A stretch of 63,219 nt of DNA, the filler included, from Chiloscyllium plagiosum (Eukaryota): the NCBI RefSeq assembly GCF_004010195.1. It is 5 parts of one record of this genome, joined end to end, with 100 filler letters (N's around TTAATTAATTAA, not from the genome) between each part and the next. Parts side by side here need not be neighbours in the genome. Positions count along the whole stretch, not along the records: positions 23,105 to 37,290 come from NC_057714.1; positions 37,391 to 51,686 come from NC_057714.1; 3 more parts are not named here. One strand, written 5' to 3'. Positions within the stretch are counted from its first letter, which is position 1. Each line of letters opens with the position of its first letter. The translations under genes were made by a program, and so were the position numbers. Shown here piece by piece: positions 37,068 through 48,226 of the stretch. The notes below the pieces were generated by a model, which did no database searches, was not told where the DNA came from, and saw nothing but the letters and a program-made list of their open reading frames with translations.

Positions 37068-37290
37068 GCACCTCATAGGAGTGGGAGCAGCGTCGAAGTA
37101 AAAGCGAACCCGGGAGACTACAGCAAAGGTAAGACAGTTTGTTTTAAAATTGCTTACCTTAGCGGGCAAGCGGTGTGTTTTTTTTTACTCTCTCTCCACA
37201 GAAAGAGCGGGAGCAGCAGAGGAAGTGACGGCAAGCAGAGGGGCAGCCGGGAAGGAAAAGTGAGTATAAATACTCACCCCTTGACACCAA
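37068..37290 (+). mobile_element. CpG-rich 5' monomer region of a probable CR1-like element, cut by a gap
   Basis: CACAGAAAGAGCGGGAGC..GGAAGTGAC..GCCGGGAAGG..TATAAATACTCACC..GACACCAA parallels the 110-bp monomer read on the minus strand. Confidence 0.6.
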
Positions 37291-37390
37291 NNNNNNNNNN
37301 NNNNNNNNNNNNNNNNNNNNNNNNNNNNNNNNNNTTAATTAATTAANNNNNNNNNNNNNNNNNNNNNNNNNNNNNNNNNNNNNNNNNNNN

Positions 37391-38640
37391 CAGGGGTATC
37401 TCATGTTTAGGGGATCTATTTAAGAAGGGGTCCTGATGTCTTTTGAACAGCTGCGGCAGAAATTCGGATTACCTAATGGAGACCTCTTTCAATACTTCCA
37501 AATTCAAGATTATATACAGAAGAAGACTACGTTATTAGATAGTCTTTATAAATCAAATAGAGAATGCAGAGTGCAACGGCCAATGGGGGTATCTTCCGTC
37601 AGTACTGTTTATCATTTACTACATGATGAAGTATCGGGAGATATGGACAATCTGCTTAAAACATGGGATCAGGATTTGGGACTAGAAATCTCTATAGAAA
37701 CGTGGAATGACATTTGGGAAAACGCCAGAAGAATCACCATCTGCAACAGAACTCAAGCTATCCAGCTGAAGATACTTCATAGGGCCCATATAGCACCAGA
37801 TTGATTAGCAAAATTTAAGGCAGGAGCATCTCCAATGTGTCCCAAATGTAAAATAGAGGTGGGCACTCTTGCACATTTCCTATGGACCTGTCATAAGATC
37901 TGTAGACACTGGACTAAAGTAGCAAGTATCCTGACAGAAATTTTAGGAACGGAAGTTAAAGTGGACCCTGTATCTCTCCTTTTGGGCTTTTCGAACTTAC
38001 ATTCCCAGGATATGCACGGGAAGGGATTATTTTCTATTCTCTCTTTCTGTGCAAGGAAAAATATTTTGGTAAACTGGGTGGCTGAGGGCCCCCCTGGACT
38101 TTCAAATTGGCACAGATTAATTATGGAGTGTATTCCCCTTGACTTCCTTACAAATACGGTGCACCGAAAGACCGAATTATTTCATAAAAATATGGCAGCC
38201 CTTCTTGAATTATATAAATACAGATATTTCGGCTATCCTAACAAGGGCTTTTATTTAATTGAGATTGCGAACCTGGCTGGTCCGGGGCCCCTTGGGAGAG
38301 GAATCCCGCACAAATACGGGTTTTGTTACATTTGATATTAACACATTCCGAGCATGTATCTCACTAACCAATTTCTGTGTTATCCATTGGGTTTTTTTTC
38401 TTTTTTTTTCTCTTATTTGAATAATGTAAGAGACTTAATTATACACTCTGGTTAGTTGTAGGTTAGATTAGTAGTTAGTTGCGTTTTTTTTTTCCTCGGT
38501 ATTTTTCTTTTGTTAAATTTTGGTTATTATTTATTTAAGATTTAATTGTATGTCAATGTTTGTACTTGAGAGTTTTTTTTAATTTTTGTAAACTTGTCAA
38601 AATGTTAAATTTCCAATAAAAGTATCTATTAAAAAAAAAA
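37391..38640 (+). mobile_element. L1 (LINE-1 clade) ORF2 3' end, T-rich 3' UTR and poly(A)
   Basis: SFEQLRQKFGLP..LFQYFQI; IQLKILHRAH; CPKCKIEVGTLAHFLWTC (C-terminal Cys knuckle); AATAAA at ~38615 and A-tail 38631-38640; premature stop near 37802. Confidence 0.88.
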
Positions 38641-40126
38641 TAAAGGTATGTTACCATCCCTTTTTAAACCTGAATCTCTGAAACGGTGTTCATCTTTTAC
38701 CAACTTTTAAAGCATTTGATTTACAAAGAAATGGAATATAGTATTTATGGGTCAGTTTTATTTTTGTTAGGCATATCCTGACTGATTCTTTCAAGGACTC
38801 ATTCTCATTAGGCTTTTCTGTGAGAAGATAGCTAATAAATCCAGCAGATACCAAACCTCCAATAAAAGAGCATTCTTCAAGTCACCCACTTTCAATTATA
38901 AAGAATTGGCTATGGAAAATCTTCATCAATAACTGTCAAAACAAAACCTGTTGTAACATAATATGCACAATTAGACAAGTAGAAAATGCTTTTTACACAT
39001 TAACTATCTTCTACTAAGGAATAATACACAGTTAGAAAGTGACTTTGTAATCTTTTATCTTTTCAACTTGCACAGCTTGCACTTGGCATTTTATTGCTTG
39101 GGTCACACAAACCAAAATATCTTTAACATTGTGAATAATATAAAGCAACTATTTTTGCCATAGTTGATATAAAGCTAAAACCCTTAGAAAGCATGATGTT
39201 AACTTGATGAGTTGCCTTTTCTTCAGGTAATTTAAAATGGCTTCTGCAACAGTTTGTCGACTATTGTCATTATACTCTCTCAAAACATGAAGTGCACCAA
39301 CTGTGATGTGATGTAAATCTGCTCAGATAATATTTAGTGCACTGCATCAAGTAACTGATTTGCACTTGTGCTTTCTCACTAGAATTCTGCTAATAACAGA
39401 CATGAAGAACAGAATAATATCTGCTAGTGATTACTGTCTGCTGTTGCCACACTGTTCTTTATGTTCATTAACAATAGCCCTGCATATAATTGCAACAAAG
39501 GTACATGAATACAACTACCATCTTGTCAAACTGATGTCTTTTCACTTCATTGAAGTGTACATTTGGCTATAATTGGGGGAGCCTCATATACCAATAGATC
39601 ATTTACTCAATGCACCTGTCAAGAAAAGACCTGTGCTTTATTGGTTATATGTTCAGTTTTAGCAAAACATTTTGCTGCTCAAAGGCTCCAAGATGTTCTA
39701 CCTGGCTGACTACATTTACTAAATTTTAATCAACAACAGTAGATCTCCTGTGTCATTGCTCACAGTGGCTCAAAGGATACAATATTTTATAATGACAGAA
39801 GCATTGTACCATGTAACATACAATATATTAAATTCAGTTCATTGCCTGTGGCATTACTCACTGGCAAAGGAACTGATACATCTCTTCCAGTAACGGCAGT
39901 TATTCCTCACTGTCTAATTCTTATTTGGTTGCTTTCTTGGTCTTTGTTCTGCATCATTTTTTTCTCCCTCTCTTGCAATCATTTTTCATTGTGGCCTGTA
40001 TCATTCCATTATCCATTATTTCTGTCTCACTCTTTATACAAGCCCTATTCTCTCGGCTTTCTTTAATTTATCCAATATCTGTGCAGTTCTCCAATTACTT
40101 CAATTGTTAATGTCATCAAAAAAGAA

Positions 40127-40605
40127 TCGCCACCAGGACAGAACCCCAATGGTCCTCACCTACCACCCCACCAACCTTCAGATACATCGTATTGTCCTTC
40201 GTCATTTCCGCCAGTTCCAAACAGACCCCACCACCAAGGATACATTTCCCTTCCCTCCCCTTTCAGCGTTCCGGAAAGACCACTCCCTCCACGACTCCCT
40301 CGTCAGGTCCACACCCCCCACCAACCCAACCTCCACTCCCGGCACCTTCCCCTGCAACTGCAAGAAATGCAAAACTTGCACCCAACCTCTCCCCTAACTT
40401 CCCTCCAAGGCCTCAAGGGATCCTTCCATATCCATCACAAATTCACCTGCACCTCCACACACATCATTTACTGCATCCACTGTACCCAATGTGGCCTCAT
40501 CTACATTGGGGAGACAGGTCACCTACTTGCGGAACATTTCAGAAAACACCTCTGGGACACCCGCACCAACCAACCCAACCAGCATCTGCAGTCCTCACTT
40601 TCGCC
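40127..40605 (+). mobile_element. Penelope-like element fragment: RT-EN linker and GIY-YIG endonuclease, internally deleted
   Basis: PMVLTYHP..PGTFPCNCKKCKTC then FTCTSTHIIYCIHCTQCGLIYIGETG..FRKH; joined to the terminus CAGCATCTGCAGTCCTCACTTTC; CAAAAAAGAA at 40117-40126 and 40606-40615. Confidence 0.9.
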
Positions 40606-40925
40606 CAAAAAAGAAATATTGCAAATATTAAGATTTGGGGCACATAGCAACTTACACGGAATGTGCACCAATCTAACTTTGGTGGAGGAAAACTGTCAAG
40701 CTACAACATGGGACAGTTAAGAGATAAGGTATTGCACAGAGTCTACATCAATTGACATTTGACTTTTCTTAGAGACCTCTTGAGGTGTGCCTCATTGACT
40801 TGTATCTGAAAGTGCATGTCGACGTTATTTAGTGTATTCCCCTTAGCCTCCTCAAAAGTATACTTTTACCAGTTTCCCTTTTACGAAAATAAGCATGCTT
40901 CCTGTCTTTCAACAAATTAGGGGCT

Positions 40926-41851
40926 TGTAAATACAAATTATTTTACTTCTTAATGTTCACTGATTTGCTAAGACCAAGGTTGATAGAAGGCATGGACTGG
41001 GTTTCTGTACTAACTCAAGAATTATTATTTCCTACAAATACCTAGACATAGCTACAAGTGAACAATTTCAAACCATTGGCTTGGAAAACTACTAACTAAA
41101 ACTCTGATAAACTTAGACATACACACAAAGAAAAATTGTGAAAATAGGTTACTGGTAGAGGTAGAAAGTCAGCTCAGTGGTTTTTGATTTTCCGGATTCC
41201 GATGTTGAGATGATTCTTTTGTCCAGGTATTTTTTATTTCTGAATTGTTCCACTGGTTTACAAGAAGTATTGAGTAACTGATTCATTTGGGTAACATCTC
41301 TGATTTATCAATTTAAATGTTACCACTGAGAGGAACTGCTATTGGTAAAGGTAACTGGTTTTCATCAGAATTAAAATAGATTAAAATTTTTGACTGCAGA
41401 GAACAGGCAGCTTCTGGGCTGGGAGAAGGTTAGCACTCTTTATTTCTCCTTTCTCACTTTGTCTCGGTCACTTCATTCCCCCCTCTCACTTTGTCTCGGT
41501 CACTTCTTTCCCCACTTGCACTGTTTCTCTGTCACTTCATTCCAGCTCTGAGCTGCTCAGTCCCCAAGAATCAGTCACACATTTGTTGGCAAGTATTTGA
41601 TAATTGTCACTGGTCCGCAGACCAATCAATTTCTTGCGACCAAAACCTGCATTCGTTCACATCTTCAGCACCAGATCATTTGCAATCTGACCTTGAATTG
41701 TTGCTTGCTGTATGTTTATAATACCAAGGATTTCAAGTCACTTGCTTTCAAAGCTGCAGCTATTCTTTCAAACACAGGCTTTTAAAACAGTTCTTTCTCA
41801 TTTCAGTCACTAGTTTTAAAAACACAAAAGTAAAAAGACATGGTCCTTACA
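40926..41851. mobile_element. Possible solo LTR with internal ~31-bp tandem repeats
   Basis: Begins TGTAA, ends TTACA; CTCACTTTGTCTCGGTCACTTC repeated at ~41452-41540; no TSD found. Confidence 0.35.
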
Positions 41852-44200
41852 GATCACAGCTGATGTTATTACTGGACAAGTTAGATCCCTGATTGAAATC
41901 AGCTTTATAGTTTTTTATGAACTCAACATGATGATGCTGCACTGAAATATTAATATGCAATGCTGCAGATATGGTTTTAAAATTAAAACAGATGTTTATG
42001 ACATAAAAAAATGAAGATAAACTAAAACAAATCCATCAAATTAAGTCTTTATATTTCTTTGTCTCCCTTGGCCAGGTTTTATTTTTCCATTTCTAACTGT
42101 ATCTGAGCTAATTCCAGCTGGGAAATCCCATTTTCATCTCTCCCTTCTTTCAAATCTAAATTTTGGATAATCACTCAAAGTATCGCCTCCTTTAAAGACT
42201 CTGCTTTTACACCTATCTTCAATTTATCTGCTAACTCTCACAGTTTGGCTGCAGTCTAAGATTCAAATAATCCAGTGTCTATTCTTGCATTTCCAAAAGT
42301 TCAGAACAACATTCAAAATCTGCGGAATAAACTTCACCTCTATGTCCGGAACATCCATATGCCCAATATTTTGAAAGAAGGAAACAGAAGCCTCTTTAAT
42401 CCACTTGGTTCAAATATTGGAAGAGACCCTATTTGTTATGGTCCCAGCTGATGTAACCACTGGACAAGTCAGATACCTGATTGAAATCTGGGTTGATAGA
42501 TCATAATTTTTTTTTTATTTAGCAAGGCAGTCTTCTGCTGAAATATCAGCTTGTAATGCTGTAGATTTTGTTTCAAATGCAATAGGAGTTTTAGTTTAGT
42601 TCATGGTATGTGAGTGTTGCCAGCTGGGTCAGCATTTACTTGGTTGCCCTTAAGGTGATTGTGAACTTACCTTTTTGAACCAATGCAGTCCATTTGTTGT
42701 AGGATCTGCTGTACCAGCTCAATCTTCAGTAAGCTAAAGCAGCGAGTGTTTGACAACAAAGACCTTCACAAGTGAACAGAGTACCTGGTAAACATATTAG
42801 TTGTTGTCACCACAGTCCTATTTGTACTGTACTGTACTGTACTGTCTCAGCAACACATAGTAATGTTACTAAATTTCCACTAGCAATGCCTCTCAAGCAT
42901 CCTCCAGATTCAATGTATAGAGTATTGAGCAAACACTAGTTTCTTTCTTGAAGTCACTTCCACAAGTATACAGTCAAAACTCTGAAAGCATCAACATTGA
43001 TTGGCTGGATACCATGCACAGATACTATCACAATCTTTTGGTCTTGTTCTCAGAAATTTCCAATAACAGCATTCCAGGGAAGAACAGTAAAAACATTTCA
43101 AATGCAATAAAGCTTTCTGTGAAGGCATTAATCATTGGGAGAAGCTTGTTACTAGTCACTCAGATTAACAACAATTTCTCCATCAAATGGCATCATGTTT
43201 AGAGGTCCAAATTCTTAATGACAAGGCACAGCGATAGCAAAGACAGGAAGAAATGAAAGTGAATACTGCACTCAAGATCCTGCTACATCATGGAATGCTA
43301 TGCCCCATATGCCCAAAGATATGTGGGACGAGACTCAGTCAAATAAAGACCCATGAGAGAACCTCCCAACTCTGAGTCAGCATCATCCTCAAATCGAGGG
43401 ACAACAGACAATGTTATACGCATTCCTAATTTCATCCTCTTCAGGCATTAAATATCATGACATTGAGTGATGGCAGTACTCAGCACAAACTCTCACAATG
43501 CATTATACTTGATTACAATTATATTATGTAGCAAAAGTACTCAATGCACTAACCCACATGTTTAGAATCCTTGCTCTATTATATTACAATGGGAAGTATT
43601 CTGTGGATCATCGACATTAATTGATTTAATCTGCTTATTCTGTACTCCATCACCCCACTGCTTGCCCACAGTTTAGGATAGCAGATGCTAAGGTTGGTTC
43701 CCCTGGGCAGCCTGGTTGCTTCAGATGTAATTTTTAAGACTCACAACATCCTACTAATGTTTCCATATGCTGGAATTGCATAAATACAGATTACAAAAGC
43801 ATAACCTATTAGAAGAAAAAAGAACGATCTTGCATTTAGCCCCTTTTATGACCTCACAGCTCTTCACTGCCAACAAACACTGTTTGAATTGTAGTCACTA
43901 GATTCCAAGCCAGAACACAAAAATGACATGTAGCAAAGCTCGACATTGGTAATAAATAGCCTCAATAACCCAAATGCATAGAAGGATGTGAAGTGCTTAT
44001 AGTTGAAAACCTTTAAATAAAAGACAACTGCTTCCTTACTTTCCAAGAAAAGAAGATACCAAAGCAATCAGCTTAACCTAGGCATGGGCAAACAAAAAGG
44101 CAAACCAACCAAGTTTACACGGCAAAATTCTCTTAACCAACATCAAGGAAACGGTGTCATAAGTTGTCCCATAAAGTAACCAGGCAATATTGTGACAAAG

Positions 44201-44422
44201 GAGAAAGTGAGGACTGCAGATGCTGGAGATCAGAGTCAAAAAAATGTGGTGCTGGAAAAGGACAGCAGGTCAAGCAGCATCCGAGAAGCAGGAGAGTCGA
44301 TGTTTCGAGCATAAGTTCTTCATCACCCACATTCCTGATGAAGGGCTTATGCTCAAAACTTCGACTCTCCTGCTCCTCGGATGCTGCCTGACCTGCTGTG
44401 TTTTTCCACACCACACCTTTTG
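44201..44422. mobile_element. Fold-back (inverted dimer) Penelope-like terminal insertion with 15-bp TSD
   Basis: ~44240-44325 is the reverse complement of ~44335-44420; AATATTGTGACAAAG (44186-44200) and AATAGTGTGACAAAG (44423-44437). Confidence 0.85.
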
Positions 44423-44699
44423 AATAGTGTGACAAAGTCAATCTCAGAGATCCATGCTTTTCAGACAATGTTACGGATTCCTCCATTACCATTCCTGTAT
44501 GGTCCTGTTCCAGCGGTAAGATAGATCCATTAGTGATAGCAACACAATGTTATAATGTAAGCTGAGGAAAACTCGTCCAAGTTGAGGGAAGAGAAAAGAA
44601 AAGATGTTCAATGCTGAGTATATTATTGGGAAAATAATGCTTATATTCTGTCACTGAGATTTGCAAATCAGTCTTGTGCCCTCCTCACCCAACAGTGCT

Positions 44700-45660
44700 T
44701 TTTTTGCTTATTCATTCAAGTGCAGGAATGTTGGCTGAGCCAGCATTTAATGCACATCTCTTAATGTCCTTTAGATGGAGTGGCGACTGCACTTTTGAAC
44801 CACTGCATTCCATTTGCAGTCAGTTCATCAAGAATGTTATTCGAAAAGGAGTTCTTGAATTTCGACCCAGTGAAGCTGACAGAACAGCAATATATTTCCA
44901 AGTTAAGTTGGTGAGTGGCTTAGAGAAGAACTTATACTGGGAGTGTTCCCATGTGTCTGTTCCTCTTGTAACTCTAAATGGTAACAGTCATATGTTTGGA
45001 CAGAGCTGTCTGAGGAGGCATATTTCTGCAGTGCATTTTACAAATGATACACCTTTTGAGGTTAAGGGTTGGTGAAGGCAGTGAATGTTTGTGGGTGTGG
45101 GGTCAACAAGCTGGTTGATTTGCCCTGGCTGATATCAAGATTCTTGGGTGCTGCAGGAGCTGCACTTTATCAAGGCAAGTGGGGAGTATTCCAAGATAAT
45201 TCTGACTTGTGCCTTGTAGATGGTGGACAGACTTTGGGAAGTTAAGAGGTGAGTTACTTTCTACAGAATTCCTAGCCTTGGATTCCAGTTCAGTTTCTAG
45301 TTGATTGTAACCCCTCAGGATGGCGATAGTGTTGGCGGTGATACTATTAAATATCAAGGAGTGATGGTTAGGTTCTTTCTTTTTGGAGACGTCATTGTCC
45401 CATACTTGAATACAGCAGTTGAGAATAGACTTGTGGGGCAGTGATTGGTTAGATTGGATTCATCCTGCTTTTTGGGGACAGGGCATAGTGGACAACTTTC
45501 CACATTGTTAGTTACATGCCAGTATTTTGTTACACCAAAACAAATTTGGTGGGCATGTGATTGGTTCTGGAGCTCAATTTTTAGTATTAACGCTAGGATA
45601 TTATAAGGACTGATGGGCATTGTTGGATGTGATGTGTTCAGTCATTGCTTGTAGACCAAA
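44700..45660 (-). mobile_element. Degraded CR1/L2-group LINE whose 3' tail matches the 60788-type SINE
   Basis: GGCTGAGCCAGCATTTAATG tail; minus-strand CPVPKKQDESNLTNHCPTSLFS resembles the RT P.NYRPISL region. Confidence 0.6.
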
Positions 45661-45729
45661 TCACATTGCCTAAACTCTTCTGTTGGGGAACCCCAAGATG
45701 AGGCGGAGATGATTCATCGACTCAGCACT

Positions 45730-46420
45730 TAGAGTCATAGAGATGTACAGCACAGAAACAGACCCAACTTATCCATGCTAACCAGACATCTCAACCCAAT
45801 CTAGTCCCACCTGCCAGCACCTGGCCCATATCCCTCCAAACCATTCCTATTCATGTACTCATCCAAATGCCTCTTAAATGTTGCAATTGTACCAGCCTCC
45901 ACCACATCCTCTGGCAGCTCATGCCATACACGTACCACCCTCTGCGTGAAAAAGTTGCCCTGAGGTCTCTTTTATATCTTTCCCCTCACTCTAAACCTAT
46001 GCTCTCCAGTTCTGTACTCCCCACCCCAGGGAAAAAACTTTGTCTATTTATCCTATCCATGCCCCTCATGATTTTATAAACATCTAAGGTCACCCCTCAG
46101 CCTCCAACGCTCCAGGGAAAACAGCCCCAGCTTATTCTACCTCTCCCTATAGCTCAAATCCTCCAACCCTGGCAACATCCTTATAAATCTTTTCTGAACC
46201 CTTTCAAGTTTTGCAACATCCTTCCAATAGGAAGGAGACCAGAATTGCATGCAATATTCCAAAAGTGGCCTAACCAATGTCCTGTACAGCCACAACATGA
46301 CCTCCCAACTCCTATACTCAATACTCTGACCAATAAAGGAAAGTATACCAAACGCCTTCTTCACTATCCTACTGTGATTCTATTTAGGAGCTATGAACCT
46401 GCACTTCAAGGTCTCTTCTG
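45730..46420 (-). mobile_element. CR1 (HER1-like) LINE 3' fragment
   Basis: LYRTLVRPLLEYCMQFWSPSYWKDVAKLERVQKRF. Confidence 0.88.
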
Positions 46421-48131
46421 CAAATACTTCAGCCTCAATTCTGCACTGTAATGTTTGACTTCTCCATCATTGCTAACCTAACTGGTGTTGGCTTAGATGA
46501 TGATGCCCACATTTAATAAAAGAATTTAAAAAACAACAACTATTGCAATCTTCCACTGTCATCAGTTAAAAAAATCTATAATTACAATTAAGTAATTTAA
46601 ACTTAAGCACACTCTTATTTTTGACACAATAAATTCATGCAGGTAATTGAAAATCATCATCTTTATCCAAAAGTCTGAGAGGAAATGCAACTAACAAAGG
46701 TTAAGGAAGGTATTTTGGGAGTAACATTAAGCCAAAGAAATTTTGTATTCTGTAACTTGCATTTATCAAATTAATCAAACTTCTTGTATTAATCTCCTGT
46801 CAAACATGGAGCATCAAATAAGTAGTGAACACCCATTTGAGTTGTAATTGAAGAAACAACAATCAATCAGTGACTGAAATAGAAAGACTGAGTTATAATC
46901 CAAAACTGTATAAGCCTGTTTACAGTTATTAATTAACCGAGAGCTTTAGTTTTTGTAAAAGCTGAAGTATAATAGTAATGCATCTTCCTGATCTTGATTA
47001 GCCTTCAGAAAGGACAATATGACCTTACAGAAAACTGAAGTAATTGAAAATCAGTTGAAATTATACAAATAGAAAATAGTCCAAAGTCTAAGGAAATTGC
47101 TATAAACCAGCTCCATTTAGTTGTTTTAATCAACCTGCTTGGACATGCTATGACACACTTCTGAGGGACACTACCACTGTACCAAAAGAGGTAAAGACCT
47201 ACACTGTATTCTTGCCTTGAATACTGAATAGAGGTGGCTGTAGTAACTGAGATCGAATCAAATTGACTTGAGTAACAGATTTGACTGGTTAATATTTGTT
47301 GAAATGAGGTTGTAGCAATTTAGCAATTAAATGCCAAAGTTACTGTAGGCTATCTTTCTAGGTAGATATTAAAGTCTCCCAAGGCAGAATTCTAAAAGAA
47401 TCGCTGTCAATGTGGATGTTCTAGTGTTTTACGGTTCTATGAGCTGATCATCTGGGTAGAATCGTAAAGATCTATCCTGCGTTTAAATAAATACTTTTTT
47501 TCCTGAATACTCTCACTTTAAGTAACATCTTGTGTCCTACCTAAACTGAAGGTTTTATCATATTTGAACTATTTATTAAATCATTTCCAAAGTGTGAGTG
47601 GATTGGATTGATTGTAATTAAGTTGCAGGAAGCAAACTCAAAGAAATTAAAACTCAGATTACAACTGTGATCAAAGGCAGAATAATTGAACACAATGTTT
47701 TTTGCTAAGATTCGCATTGGATTGGGAGCTAGGAATTGTTGGGCTCTCCCCCTGCTTCCAACTCACTGCAGCACTTTGGAGACTCTTTAGCCTATCTCCA
47801 CTATTAAGCTTACATTGGGAACAATGCCACTCGCTTACAAGCAGAGTCAGCCTCCTAACTGATTCCTAACCTTGTCCTTTGACTCTGTACTTGGTAATGG
47901 CATCAACTGGGGGAAACTAGAAAACACTTAAATAAAGTCTAGGGTTTAACTGGTCCAATCCTCATGCTCCATTGTAGTTCGGGATCTCCAGGCCACTGCC
48001 CATGACCCATGTTAAACTCTTGATTAGACTGTGAACTTTTTGATTTAGTTTTTGTGGTCAAGAAAACAACTTCCACCTGTTCTTTGTTAACAGTTAGAAT
48101 CAATACTCAGGGGACTAACCAGTAATTTGGC

Positions 48132-48226
48132 AAAAGTCCTGACGAAGGGCTCAGATTCAAAAACGTCGATTCTCCTGCTCCTTGGATGCTGCCTAACCTG
48201 CTGTGCTTTTCCAGCACCACTCTAAT
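48132..48226 (+). mobile_element. Short Penelope-like terminal fragment with 17-bp TSD
   Basis: CTAACCAGTAATTTGGC (48115-48131) and CTAACCAGTAGTTTGGC (48227-48243); degenerate CTGACGA..AAACGTC core. Confidence 0.8.
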
